A stretch of DNA of 64,000 bases, taken from Patescibacteria group bacterium. Lineage in GTDB: Bacteria > Patescibacteriota > Microgenomatia > UM-FILTER-40-11. Below, one piece after another: positions 46,326-56,335 of the stretch. Under the pieces are notes generated by a model. The model was given only the letters and a program-made list of their open reading frames with translations. It searched no databases and had not been told where the DNA came from. The position numbers and the translations under genes are program-made. The stretch is from positions 231,006 through 295,005 of the forward strand of contig DATKVM010000005.1 of the NCBI GenBank assembly GCA_035530075.1. Reading direction: 5' to 3'. Every line of letters begins with the position of its first letter. Position 1 is the first letter of the stretch.

Positions 46326-46599
46326 AACGTTCCGTTTTTCCTACGGATAAAGCTTTTAGGTTTGGTTAGGGGCTACTTTTTCTCCATAAGTGTTGAGGAG
46401 ATGATCGCATGGCAAACCCGTAATCACTAGGTTCACCTGCTTCGATGCCGGCTTCAGTCTCAAAATATGGAGCCATTTTCCCTCCTTAGAATAACTAAAT
46501 TTTAGATATTATAACAATTTGGTTTTATTATAGCGATTTGATTTAAGAATTTTCCAGTAATGGACTGAAATTTAGGTTTGGTGCGGTATAATTACTTCA

Positions 46600-47874
46600 A
46601 TGAAGATTTACTTTTTTGTTTTAGGCACTAATCACACTCTTTCAAAAATTGATATCGTGAATATTCTCCAAAAAAAAAGAGTGAATTTAGAGATTATTGA
46701 GGCTTCGGAAGAAGTGTTAGTGGTTAAAACAGAAGAGCCACTGAATGTCCGGCCGCTAGTGCAGGAACTGGGGAGTGCGGCCAAGATCGGGCAGGTTTTT
46801 AAAAGTTACCCGTTGAAGAATTTCCCGGAAAATTTTTTGGCAGAGGTAGCCCAAGAAGAGTTTAGCCAGTTTTTCCTTCCTCCAGGAATGGAAAATCCTC
46901 GTTTCGGAATAAGTGTTTATGGGGTGGGGGGAAAATTTAAGGAGGTAAACCATACTTTCTTTTTAGTGCCGAAGATTTTAAGGGAAATTAAGGGAAGATT
47001 AGGGGAGATAGGGGTGGAGACTAATTATTTGTCTGTCAAGGAGAAAGAGTTATCCACGGTAATTGTCGACCAAAGGGGACTTTTAGATAAAGGTTTTGAG
47101 CTGGTTTTGGGGGTGGGTGAGGAAGAGGTCTTCGTCGGAAAAACCTTGGCGGTCCAGGATTATGAAGGTTATAGCGCTCGTGATTATGGCCGGCCAGCCA
47201 GAGATCCTCGGTCGGGAATGATTCCGCCGAAACTGGCGAAAATGATGGTTAATCTGGCCCTCAAGGATAAAGACAAACTCTTGCTGGACCCTTTTTGTGG
47301 CAGCGGGACTCTCTTGCAGGAAATGGCCTTGCTTGGTTACCGGAACCTAATTGGCTCGGATTCCAGCGAGAAGTCAATTAGAGATACCGAAACTAATCTT
47401 GACTGGCTTTTTGGCAAATTTGGTTTAAAGAAGGAGGACTATAAGCTAAGGCTTTTTAAGGAGGATGTTCAGAAAATTGCCTCCAAGATAAACTTTAAGA
47501 CCGTTGATGCGATTGTCACCGAGCCATATTTGGGTTCGCCCGGAGCCAAAGCTTTTCATTTGGGGCAGATTGAGAATGAGATTTCAAAACTGGGCAAGCT
47601 TTATCTGGCGGCCTTTGAGGAGTTTCGGAAAGTGCTTCGTGATGATGGGGTAGTGGTGATGATTTTCCCAGTTTTTCGGTTTAAAGGTCAGTTTTTCCCC
47701 CTGAATATTCTGGATAAAATTTCTTCCCTTGGTTTTGAATCAAGAGATTTTATTCCTCAAAAGCCGGAAGGTGGAGGAAAACTGAATCTTAATTTAACTG
47801 CCAGGGGTTCGATAGTTTATTTCCGCCCCGGCCAAACAGTCTCGAGGGAAATTTTTGTCTTAACTAGAAAGTAA
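46600..47874 (+). CDS. RNA methyltransferase (Trm11/TrmG10-like)
   Basis: GMIPPKLAKMM, LDPFCGSGT, IVTEPYLG. Confidence 0.8.
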   Translation: MKIYFFVLGTNHTLSKIDIVNILQKKRVNLEIIEASEEVLVVKTEEPLNVRPLVQELGSAAKIGQVFKSYPLKNFPENFLAEVAQEEFSQFFLPPGMENPRFGISVYGVGGKFKEVNHTFFLVPKILREIKGRLGEIGVETNYLSVKEKELSTVIVDQRGLLDKGFELVLGVGEEEVFVGKTLAVQDYEGYSARDYGRPARDPRSGMIPPKLAKMMVNLALKDKDKLLLDPFCGSGTLLQEMALLGYRNLIGSDSSEKSIRDTETNLDWLFGKFGLKKEDYKLRLFKEDVQKIASKINFKTVDAIVTEPYLGSPGAKAFHLGQIENEISKLGKLYLAAFEEFRKVLRDDGVVVMIFPVFRFKGQFFPLNILDKISSLGFESRDFIPQKPEGGGKLNLNLTARGSIVYFRPGQTVSREIFVLTRK

Positions 47875-47918
47875 GTTTTAGGGCCACCGGAGAAAACTGC
47901 TGGCGAATAAATATTTGC

Positions 47919-48995
47919 TTACTTCTGGAATAGAGGGAGGATAAATTTTTTGATTTCTTCACTGGTTAGTTTAGTCATATCGTCGCTCAGGAAGATGTTT
48001 CCTCGGCAACCCTTGATTGTTCTTTGCAGGGAAAGAATCTGATTTTCAGAAAGACCAGTCTGGGGGCTGCAGACGAAAACATCTGGGTCAAGATTCCAAA
48101 ATACCCTGGTAAAAAGACGTTTTTTAACACTATCTGAAACCGCACGAAAAAGATAGGTGTTAATAAGGCGATTTAAAAAAGGAATTCCGTATAAAGACGG
48201 CCTGGTGATATCCGGCCCGATGCGTAGAGAATCAATTGCCCTAAGGGCGGGTAAAAGGGGACAGCCACAGCCGATGGTGTAAACATTGGAGTGTTGCCTT
48301 TTAATCTCCAGAAGAAAATTTCTTAATAACCTAAAAGCTATCCTGGGCTTAATTTTGGGATAGAAATAGGGATAATAGAGAAAGTCCAATTTCAAAAGCT
48401 CAAAGCCAAAATCTTGGGTAAGGGTTTTTATTACCTTTTTTAAATAACTTTCTACCTTTGGTAAACGGATATCCAAGAGGTAATGCTTTTGGGTGACAAG
48501 ATTGTCCCAGAAAGGGTGGCTAAGAGGCTTTCCCTGGTTTTGGATTAACCAGTCAGGATGATTTTGAGCAAGATTGGAGTTGGGATGGACCCAAAAGGGA
48601 GCAATCCACAATCCCGGCTTGAATCCTAGAGTCTTTATTTTTTGAGCAAGAGATTTAAGGCCCGATGGAAACCTTTCTGGCAGAGGTGTCAGCCAGTCGC
48701 CGTGGGAAGCACATCCATCATCGATAAGAATATATTTAATTGGTATTTCCCGGTGTTGTGAGAACCACCGAGATTGGTTTAGAATTTTTTCCTCGTTTAT
48801 ATCATCGCCAAAAGCGTACCAGGAACACCAGCCTTTAGCCGGCGGTTTTAATTTTGACGGTAAGAAGCGGAAGTTTTTGGGAGGGATTTCCACAAAGGGA
48901 GGGGAGTTACATTTCAGCCCTTTTAAGATTAAAAAATTTGAATTACTCCAAGATTGCCAGCCGGTAGAGATAATCTTTTGCCATTCTTTCCGCAT
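47919..48995 (-). CDS. GH36 alpha-galactosidase-like
   Basis: GWCSWY, ILIDDG, GLWIAPF, LKLDFLY, RIGPD, NLDPD. Confidence 0.85.
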   Translation of the reverse strand: MRKEWQKIISTGWQSWSNSNFLILKGLKCNSPPFVEIPPKNFRFLPSKLKPPAKGWCSWYAFGDDINEEKILNQSRWFSQHREIPIKYILIDDGCASHGDWLTPLPERFPSGLKSLAQKIKTLGFKPGLWIAPFWVHPNSNLAQNHPDWLIQNQGKPLSHPFWDNLVTQKHYLLDIRLPKVESYLKKVIKTLTQDFGFELLKLDFLYYPYFYPKIKPRIAFRLLRNFLLEIKRQHSNVYTIGCGCPLLPALRAIDSLRIGPDITRPSLYGIPFLNRLINTYLFRAVSDSVKKRLFTRVFWNLDPDVFVCSPQTGLSENQILSLQRTIKGCRGNIFLSDDMTKLTSEEIKKFILPLFQK

Positions 48996-49050
48996 ACAGA
49001 TATTTTACCTGATTTTTTAACATCTAGATAAACTGTTGTTAATTTAAGTA

Positions 49051-49085
49051 TTGACAAGAGAAAAGATATAGATTACCATCTATAT
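49051..49085 (+). promoter_or_regulatory. sigma70 promoter with overlapping ArsR-type operator
   Basis: TTGACA-17-TACCAT; perfect inverted repeat ATATAGAT-tacc-ATCTATAT at 49066-49085. Confidence 0.7.
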
Positions 49086-49087
49086 TT

Positions 49088-49354
49088 ATGACAGATTTTA
49101 ATATTTGCTGCCCTTTTGCCGTTCCTCAAATGGCAGACCCTTCCCGGCGCAAAATTTATGAACACCTGGCAACTCACGGAGAGAAAACCGTCAATGAGAT
49201 AACCCAGGTAATGAAATTGCGCCAGCCGACGGTTTCCTATCATTTGCGGCAAATGAAAAAAGAGGGGATTTTGACCAGTCGGAAGCAGGGGAGAGAGGTT
49301 TTCTACCGTGTTAAGCTGACTTGTCCCGAAGGCGGGAGTTGTTTTGGACTATAA
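49088..49354 (+). CDS. ArsR/SmtB-family regulator
   Basis: ADPSRRKI..QPTVSYHL..GREVFY; Cys pairs at both ends. Confidence 0.88.
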   Translation: MTDFNICCPFAVPQMADPSRRKIYEHLATHGEKTVNEITQVMKLRQPTVSYHLRQMKKEGILTSRKQGREVFYRVKLTCPEGGSCFGL

Positions 49355-49358
49355 AAAA

Positions 49359-50537
49359 ATGAAAAAAGTCTATTTAGATTATGCCGCTACGACTCCGGTA
49401 AGGCCGGAAGTAGTGGAGGCAATGTGTCCATATTGGACCGAGAAATTCGGTAATCCCTCCAGTATTCACTCTTGGGGCCGAGAAGCGCGGGAGGCAGTAG
49501 AGCAAGCTCGAGCGGCGGTGGCCGCGGTACTGGGAGCCGAACCAAGAGAAGTCATTTTTACTTCCTCAGTGACCACAAGCGATAATTTGGCGATTTTAGG
49601 TGTTGCTCGGGCGGCCGGCAAGGGACATCTTATTACTTCTCAAATTGAGCACCACGCGGCTTTGGATGTTTTCCACGTTTTGGAAAAAGGGGGCTTTGCC
49701 GTCATTTATCTGCCGGTTGGCCCGACCGGCATAGTGGACTTGAAAGCCTTGGAGTCGGCTATTAGGTCGGAAACAATTTTGGTTTCGGTAATGTGGGCTA
49801 ATAATGAAGTGGGGACGGTTGAGCCTTTGGAGGAAATCGTTAAAATTGTCAAAGCGCAAAACCCTAAAACCCATGTTCATACTGACGCGGCCACGATAGT
49901 TGAGTATCTGCCGATTAACGCCAAAAAGTTGGGGGTGGATTTACTTTCCCTGGGGGCCCATAAATTCGGTGGTCCTAAAGGGGTGGGTATTTTGTATCTT
50001 AAGAAAGGCACAAAAATTGACCCGATTACTTATGGCGGCCATCACGAAGAGGGCCTTTGGCCCGGGACAGAGCCAACTCCTCTTATCATTGGTGCCGCTA
50101 AAGCGTTGGAGTTGGCTCAGTTAGAAGTTAGAAGTTCAAAGTTCAAGGTTACAAGGTTGCGAGATAAATTAATCAAAGGGGTGTTGGAAAAAATTCCGGA
50201 GGCTTTCTTGACTGGGGACCCGGTAAAGCGGCTACCGGATATCGCTTCTTTTCGATTCAATGGGGCCGAGGGGGAGGCGATTTTGCTCCGGCTGGATGCT
50301 GAAGGGATTGCCGCTTCTTCCGGCTCAGCTTGCACTTCGGGAGAGCTTAAGCCCTCACATGTTCTTTCGGCGATGGGGATTAAGCCCGAGGAGACCCATG
50401 GTTCGGTGCGATTCTCTTTGGGGAGAGGGACAACGGAAGAGGAAATTGATTATGTCCTTGAAAAACTACCCCTCATTATTAAAGAATTGAGAGCGATTGC
50501 TCCTCAATTATGTGTGGAAACGGAGGAATTACCTTAA
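49359..50537 (+). CDS. iscS: Cysteine desulfurase
   Basis: YLDYAATTP, GNPSS, HKFGGPKG, SSGSACTS. Confidence 0.92.
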   Translation: MKKVYLDYAATTPVRPEVVEAMCPYWTEKFGNPSSIHSWGREAREAVEQARAAVAAVLGAEPREVIFTSSVTTSDNLAILGVARAAGKGHLITSQIEHHAALDVFHVLEKGGFAVIYLPVGPTGIVDLKALESAIRSETILVSVMWANNEVGTVEPLEEIVKIVKAQNPKTHVHTDAATIVEYLPINAKKLGVDLLSLGAHKFGGPKGVGILYLKKGTKIDPITYGGHHEEGLWPGTEPTPLIIGAAKALELAQLEVRSSKFKVTRLRDKLIKGVLEKIPEAFLTGDPVKRLPDIASFRFNGAEGEAILLRLDAEGIAASSGSACTSGELKPSHVLSAMGIKPEETHGSVRFSLGRGTTEEEIDYVLEKLPLIIKELRAIAPQLCVETEELP

Positions 50538-50538
50538 A

Positions 50539-52011
50539 ATGGCGGATTTAAAAGCTCTTTATTCGGAGAAAGTTTTGGACCATTTCCAACACCCGCGCAA
50601 TATAGGGGAGATGAAAGATCCTGATGGAGTGGGAACGGTGGGTAATCCTGTTTGTGGGGACGTGATGCGACTTTTTATTAAAGTCGGTAAAAAAGATGGC
50701 CAGGAAATTATCAAGGATGCTAAATTTCAAACTCTTGGCTGTTTACCAGATAAAGAAGAAACCGTTCTCGCTAACAGTCAATGGTTAACAATTGGGAGTC
50801 TTATTGGCGGGACGAAAGTTTTAAATGGCGAAGGAAAAGAAACTCTAAGTTCCAATCTTTTTACGAGAAATTATGAAGGCGAACTCCTTACTATAATTCC
50901 TTTTGTTTCTCCTTTTAATTCATTTTCCGTGACGCCGAATCACCCAATATTTTGTCTAAAAAGAAAATCTTTGGTAAAAACCAGGAGAAGTAGCTCTAAA
51001 TGTAGTTGGTTGCGAGTTGATAATGAGGAAGTTACTTCTGCAGACCCAGATTATTCCAGAGCTGATAAGCTTGAGATAGGCGATTATTTGGTTTTTCCTT
51101 ATAGTAACGAAACAATTGATAATAAATTGTTCTCCAAGAGGCTGATGAGACTCTTAGGTTATTACCTTTCTGAAGGTTATATTACAGCCGGAAGTGTGAC
51201 TAATTTTTCCTTTAATTGTAACGAGAGGAATTTAATTGATGAGGTAAGATCATTAGTACTAGGAATTACTAATAAAAAAACTTCAGAACGGACTCGAGGA
51301 AATGTCACAGAAATAAGGTTTTGTTCAAAAAAATGGGCAGATTTTTTTATTTTAAACTGTTCGAGATTGGCAAGAAAAAAGTGCTTGTCTGAAACTCTTC
51401 TTAGGCTACCTTTTAGTAAACAATGGGAGATGGTAAAAGCTTTTATGTTAGACGATGGCGATGTTTATAAAAGGAGACTCAGGGATACTGAAACTTACAG
51501 GATGATTACCACTTCCAGATCATTGGCGATTCAAGTACAGGAAATATTAGTAAGGGGGGGGATCTTTGCGTCAATAAGAGAAATTTTTAAAACCAATTGC
51601 TTTATCGAAGGTCGAAAACTTAAGGACTCCGTTCAGTATTTAGTTTCCTTTAAATTGAAAAAGACAAAAAATAAATTGGTCCGTAAATGCAAAAGTTATT
51701 TTCTTGTTCCAATAAGAGAAATAAAAAGAGAAAAGTTTCAGGGTTTGGTTTATAATTTTCAAGTTTTGGGAGAACCCAATTCATACTTGGTCAAGGGGTT
51801 CGCTGTTCATAATTGTGGGGCAGCCATTGCCACGAGTTCAATCGCTACAGAAATGATTAAAGGCAAGCCATTGTCAGAGGCAATGGAGTTGACTAATCAA
51901 GCAATTACTGAAGCTTTGGGCGGTCTTCCTCCGGTCAAAAGGCACTGCTCTGTCTTAGCCGCCGACGCGGTGAAGAAAGCGATTGCTGATTATGAGAGCA
52001 AAAAGAAATGA
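50539..52011 (+). CDS. iscU: IscU/NifU Fe-S scaffold with intein
   Basis: GNPVCGD, FQTLG|intein|CGAAIA, LPPVKRHCS; spliced product 132 aa. Confidence 0.92.
   Translation: MADLKALYSEKVLDHFQHPRNIGEMKDPDGVGTVGNPVCGDVMRLFIKVGKKDGQEIIKDAKFQTLGCLPDKEETVLANSQWLTIGSLIGGTKVLNGEGKETLSSNLFTRNYEGELLTIIPFVSPFNSFSVTPNHPIFCLKRKSLVKTRRSSSKCSWLRVDNEEVTSADPDYSRADKLEIGDYLVFPYSNETIDNKLFSKRLMRLLGYYLSEGYITAGSVTNFSFNCNERNLIDEVRSLVLGITNKKTSERTRGNVTEIRFCSKKWADFFILNCSRLARKKCLSETLLRLPFSKQWEMVKAFMLDDGDVYKRRLRDTETYRMITTSRSLAIQVQEILVRGGIFASIREIFKTNCFIEGRKLKDSVQYLVSFKLKKTKNKLVRKCKSYFLVPIREIKREKFQGLVYNFQVLGEPNSYLVKGFAVHNCGAAIATSSIATEMIKGKPLSEAMELTNQAITEALGGLPPVKRHCSVLAADAVKKAIADYESKKK
50740..51813 (+). mobile_element. Intein with LAGLIDADG endonuclease (358 aa)
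   Basis: Starts CLP; block B TPNHP; LLGYYLSEG / FMLDDG; VYNFQV; ends VHN before Cys. Confidence 0.93.
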
Positions 52012-53615
52012 AAAACCGTTTTGCCATTAAAATTTCCGGGCCAGCCGGAGCAGGGATGATGCAGGCCGGAGAAACCTTAAGCAAGGCCTTAAACCGCTTA
52101 GGTTTTTTTAGCTTAATGTATCCCGAGTATCCTTCGCGGATTCGGGGGGGCGATAATCACGTTCAAGTGGTTTTCTCTTCCCGTCAGTTTCTTTCACCTC
52201 AAGAAAAAGTTAATCTCCTTTTGGCCTTCGGTCTGGACAATTTATTGGCCCATCAGGATGAAGTGATTGAAGGCGGTTTGAATTTTGAAGCTGGTGATAT
52301 TGGTTTGGGAGGAATTGCTGACAAGTTGGGCAATCCCTTAGTGGCCAATAGCGCCGCTTTAGGTTTTCTTTGGGCGGTTTTGGGTTTTGACTTGCCAGTG
52401 TTGAAAGAACAATTGGCCGAAGATTTTGCCGAGAAGAAAACAATTAAGGATCTTAATTTAAAGGCAGCCGTGGCCGGTTTCGAGAAAGCAAAAGATATTT
52501 GGGGGATGGCAAAGGTGAAAACCAAAGGTATTAAGGGGAAGATTAGCAATTTATCCGGCAACGAGGCTTTGACTCAAGGAATTTTGGCGGCTGAATGCAG
52601 TTTTGCCGCCATTTATCCGATGACGCCGATAAATTCGATTTTAAGCATGTTGGCTAAGACTAAGGTGAATTTATTCCGGCCGGAAGATGAAATTGCCGGG
52701 ATAAATGCGGCTATTGGCGCTGCCTATGCTGGTGGCCGAGCAATGGTTGCCACTTCCGGCGGCGGCTTTTCCTTAATGGTAGAAGCCTTGGGGATGGCAG
52801 GGGCTGCCGAAGTTCCGGTGGTAATTGTTGTTGGTCAGCGCACTGGCCCCTCGACAGGCATGGCGACCTTTAGTTCCCAAGCAGACTTAAACTTTGTCAT
52901 TAATGCCGGTCACGGCGAGTTTCCCCGGATAGTGTTGACCCCGGGCGATTTAGAGGAGTCTTATCGGCTAGGAGCCGAAGCTTTTAATTTAGCCGAGCGC
53001 TATCAAGTGCCAGTCATTTTATTGACCGACAAATACTTGGCCGAAAGCTGTTTTAGTCGCCTGAAAGAAATTTTGGATAAAGTGGTGGTTAGAATTGACC
53101 GCGGGAAACTTTTCGACGGCAAAGGAGAGTATCGGCGGTATGCCCTAACTCTTGATGGAATTTCCCCCCGAGCCTTTCCCGGTCAGACCGTTTTTTTGAC
53201 CAACTCCTACGAGCACGATGAATATGGCTTCTCAACGGATGAGGTTGGAATTAGGGAAGAAATGATGGCCAAAAGGGGAAGAAAACTGATTGGGTTAAAG
53301 GGAGGGGTGGAGAAATATGGGGAAGAGGGAGCGGAAACGACTTTGGTCGGTTGGGGTTCGACTAAAGAAATTCTTTTAGATTTCATTACAACTCACCCCG
53401 ACTATAATCTTGTTCATTTTTGGCGGCCCTGGCCCTTTCCAAAAGAAGCGGAGGAAATTCTTCGCCAAGCCAAGAAACTAATCGTGGTTGAAGGGAATTT
53501 TTCCGGGCAGCTGGTAGATTTAATTGAAAAAGAAACCGGTTTAAGGCCAAAAAGAGTTTTGAAAGATAACGGGAGGCCTTTTTATAAGGAAGAATTGGCT
53601 AGGTTACTTAAGTAG
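52008..53615 (+). CDS. korA: 2-oxoacid:ferredoxin oxidoreductase alpha (gamma-alpha fusion)
   Basis: SRIRGG, YPMTP, EDEI, ATSGGGFSLM, QRTGPSTG. Confidence 0.88.
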   Translation: MKNRFAIKISGPAGAGMMQAGETLSKALNRLGFFSLMYPEYPSRIRGGDNHVQVVFSSRQFLSPQEKVNLLLAFGLDNLLAHQDEVIEGGLNFEAGDIGLGGIADKLGNPLVANSAALGFLWAVLGFDLPVLKEQLAEDFAEKKTIKDLNLKAAVAGFEKAKDIWGMAKVKTKGIKGKISNLSGNEALTQGILAAECSFAAIYPMTPINSILSMLAKTKVNLFRPEDEIAGINAAIGAAYAGGRAMVATSGGGFSLMVEALGMAGAAEVPVVIVVGQRTGPSTGMATFSSQADLNFVINAGHGEFPRIVLTPGDLEESYRLGAEAFNLAERYQVPVILLTDKYLAESCFSRLKEILDKVVVRIDRGKLFDGKGEYRRYALTLDGISPRAFPGQTVFLTNSYEHDEYGFSTDEVGIREEMMAKRGRKLIGLKGGVEKYGEEGAETTLVGWGSTKEILLDFITTHPDYNLVHFWRPWPFPKEAEEILRQAKKLIVVEGNFSGQLVDLIEKETGLRPKRVLKDNGRPFYKEELARLLK

Positions 53616-53627
53616 CTTAGGTTGCTT

Positions 53628-54344
53628 ATGATAGACGAGAAAGCTTTATTTACTTCTCAAGAGCCAACCTGGTGTCCGGGCTGTGGGGCTTACGCTTTTT
53701 TAGCGGCTCTCAAAAAAGCCATCGTAGAAAATAAACTTGAGCCAAAGAATATCGTTTTGACTTATGATATTGGCTGTTCCGCCAATATGGTTAATTTCTT
53801 GAATGTTTGCGGTTTTGCCACTCTGCATGGCCGCTCAATTCCGGTTGCTGTTGGAGCAAAAGTACTTAACCCCAAGCTGACCGTCATTGCTCAGGGAGGA
53901 GAGGGGGGCATTGTCACCGAGGGGGCCAATCATTTAATTCATGCCGCTCAACGAAATGATGACATTACCGTCGTTGTCAATAACAACTATGTCTTCGGCT
54001 TAACTACCGGTCAAGCTTCCGCGGCCACTCCCAAAGGGGCAGTCACTCGCTCTACTCCTCATGGTAATCTCTATGAAGCGCTTTCGGCAATTGATTTGGC
54101 AGCCGTTTCCGGCGGGACTTTCATTGCTCGGGCTTTGGCTTCCAATATTAAAGCGATGGAGGAAATTTTGCGTCAAGCCATTATCCATAAAGGCTTTAGT
54201 TTAGTGGAGGTAATTCAGCCCTGCGTTATTTGGGCTAAGGACTTAATTGTTCCTGGACCGGTTTGGGTGGAGAAACCGTTTATTGATCGCCGGGAGTTCC
54301 TCGGGCAGGCAAATCTCTTCGGAATTCTCTATAATAAAAAGTGA
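53628..54344 (+). CDS. korB: 2-oxoacid:ferredoxin oxidoreductase beta
   Basis: WCPGCG, IGCS, LHGR, GEG..NN TPP motif, QPC. Confidence 0.85.
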   Translation: MIDEKALFTSQEPTWCPGCGAYAFLAALKKAIVENKLEPKNIVLTYDIGCSANMVNFLNVCGFATLHGRSIPVAVGAKVLNPKLTVIAQGGEGGIVTEGANHLIHAAQRNDDITVVVNNNYVFGLTTGQASAATPKGAVTRSTPHGNLYEALSAIDLAAVSGGTFIARALASNIKAMEEILRQAIIHKGFSLVEVIQPCVIWAKDLIVPGPVWVEKPFIDRREFLGQANLFGILYNKK

Positions 54345-54345
54345 A

Positions 54346-55074
54346 ATGCCATTTCTGAATGTTCTCATCTTTGGCTCACTGGCTGGCTTGGCCACCCTCT
54401 TGGGGATTTATTTAATTGTTAAGCAAGAAAAATGGGCCCAAAAGAATTTAATTTATCTTATTTCTTTTTCGGCTGGCGTTTTGCTTTCCTTTTCTTTTGT
54501 TCACCTTCTGCCGGAGGCACTTGACCAAAGCAAAGGCGCTCTCTTTATCACTCTAATCTCTTTTTTGGCTTTTTATATTTTGGAACATGCCCTAACGCTT
54601 CACACCTGCGAAGAGGGAGGAGAATGTCCTCCACATGAGACTTTTACTTTGGTTTCGTGGGTCGGGCTTTTTGTCCATTCTCTAATCGACGGAGTGGTTA
54701 TCGGGGCCGGATTTGAAGTTTCCTTTGCTTTAGGGATTCTGTCGACGCTGGCGGTCTTATTGCATGAATTGCCTGAAGGGGTATCCTCAATGGCCATAAT
54801 GCTTTATGGCGGTTATTCGGTTAGAGAAGCCATTAAGTATTCAGTCTGGGTGGCCCTGGCCACTCCTTTTGGGGCGGTTATTTCTTTCCTCCTCTTGGGA
54901 AAAACTAACAGTGGTTTGGTGGGGCTGCTTTTGGCGGTTGCCGCGGGTAGCTTTTTGTATGTGGCTGCTTCAGATTTGATTCCGGAAATTCACAAGAAAA
55001 GCCGAGTCCTAAATATCTTTTTGACTCTTCTGGGGGCCTTAGTTCCCTTCATTGCCAGTCTCTTTTTGAGATAA
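54346..55074 (+). CDS. ZIP family metal transporter
   Basis: HSLIDG, HELPEG, YVAASDLIPE. Confidence 0.9.
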   Translation: MPFLNVLIFGSLAGLATLLGIYLIVKQEKWAQKNLIYLISFSAGVLLSFSFVHLLPEALDQSKGALFITLISFLAFYILEHALTLHTCEEGGECPPHETFTLVSWVGLFVHSLIDGVVIGAGFEVSFALGILSTLAVLLHELPEGVSSMAIMLYGGYSVREAIKYSVWVALATPFGAVISFLLLGKTNSGLVGLLLAVAAGSFLYVAASDLIPEIHKKSRVLNIFLTLLGALVPFIASLFLR

Positions 55075-55190
55075 TTTTTTGCTTGCGGACCCTCTTTTCT
55101 TTGGATAAAATTCTGGTCAAGATTGTCCATGGTCTTTTCTCTTTGGGCTGAGATTAAGAACTTGGCAAACTTTGACAGCGGAGGGGTGAA

Positions 55191-55346
55191 ATGAGTTGGG
55201 TAAGAGTCGTTGGGGTGGTAATCGCCGCGGTTGGCGTAGGAGTGCACGTTTACATTGCCAGGAGATATCCTCCAATCAGATGGCTGGTAACGGGGGGTGC
55301 GGTGTTAGAGGCAATTGGAGTAACGGTGCTGGCAGCGACAAGATAA
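55191..55346 (+). CDS. Small 2-TM protein (51 aa; not in ORF track)
   Basis: SD GGAGGGGTG; MSWVRVVGVVIAAVGVG..; followed by hairpin. Confidence 0.45.
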   Translation: MSWVRVVGVVIAAVGVGVHVYIARRYPPIRWLVTGGAVLEAIGVTVLAATR

Positions 55347-55354
55347 CTCCCGAA

Positions 55355-55388
55355 GGGGGGTCTTTCAAACTTTAGACCCCCCCCTTTT
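55355..55388. terminator. Intrinsic terminator
   Basis: ggggggtct..agacccccccc-tttt. Confidence 0.6.
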
Positions 55389-56310
55389 ACTGGGAAAATT
55401 GCGGTTGAGAATAATCAGCAATATAAATCGCGATTTCTTCATAAGATTTAATATTTTTCCCTTCAAAGACAACTTTGGCAATTTTCCCTTTTTTGGTTTT
55501 CTCACTCCAGGGCTGATCAAAAATAAAGTTGCCCAGAGAATAAAAAATTAAGCCGCTTTGATATTTTTCGGTCGGTTGAGTAACGTGGGGATGATGACCG
55601 ATGATTACTTTTGCTCCGGAATCAATAATTTGGTGAGCCAGGTCTTTTTGCCAGGGCAGAGGCTCTTTTTGATATTCGCCCCCCCAGTGCAAAGAGACAA
55701 CGAGAACATCTACTTTATTCGCATTTTTCTTTACTTCTTCTACCACGGCCGCTTTGGGATAAGTGACTAAGTCAAAGGAAAGAAAACCGAAAGTTAGCTT
55801 GTTAGCAAGATAGCTGGTTAATTGGTTGGATGAAGGAAGGATTCCATTTTTATTTAAAAGCGCGGTGGTTTGGGAAAGTCCTTCTGGCCCGTGATTGAGA
55901 ATGTGATTATTAGCGATTGACAAAACATCAAACCCGGCAAATTTAAGCCCCTCAATGGCCTCTTCCCGACTGCAAAAAATCATTCCGACAGAGGTGGTAG
56001 GGCAATTGTCGATGATTGGTGATTCCAGATTGCCGAAAGTGATATCAGCGGCGGCGATAGTTGAAGCAGTTTTCAGAAAAGGATATTTAAAATCCTGGTA
56101 TTTTAACATTTGGACATTAACCATTCGGCCGAGCATCACGTCTCCAACGGCAATTAGCGTGACAGCTTTTCTTTTAAAAAAAGGAAAGTGAACAGGGGGG
56201 ATGGTTTTGGTGGCGGTGGAGGCAGGAGAAGAGGGGAGTTGACGGATTTGCCAGAATAAAGTCCCACTAAGTAAAAAAAGTAGGCTTAGCAAGAAGAGAA
56301 TCTTTTTCAT
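55387..56310 (-). CDS. CapA family metallophosphatase
   Basis: VGDVMLGR, GNLE, ANNH, SLHWG, GHHPHV, YSLGNF. Confidence 0.9.
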   Translation of the reverse strand: MKKILFLLSLLFLLSGTLFWQIRQLPSSPASTATKTIPPVHFPFFKRKAVTLIAVGDVMLGRMVNVQMLKYQDFKYPFLKTASTIAAADITFGNLESPIIDNCPTTSVGMIFCSREEAIEGLKFAGFDVLSIANNHILNHGPEGLSQTTALLNKNGILPSSNQLTSYLANKLTFGFLSFDLVTYPKAAVVEEVKKNANKVDVLVVSLHWGGEYQKEPLPWQKDLAHQIIDSGAKVIIGHHPHVTQPTEKYQSGLIFYSLGNFIFDQPWSEKTKKGKIAKVVFEGKNIKSYEEIAIYIADYSQPQFSQ

Positions 56311-56335
56311 CTCTCCTTCATTATATAATCAAGCC

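Noticed and set aside
46366-46476. 36-aa minus-strand ORF with SD (MAPYFETEAG..)
   Set aside because: No recognisable motif; too short to support.
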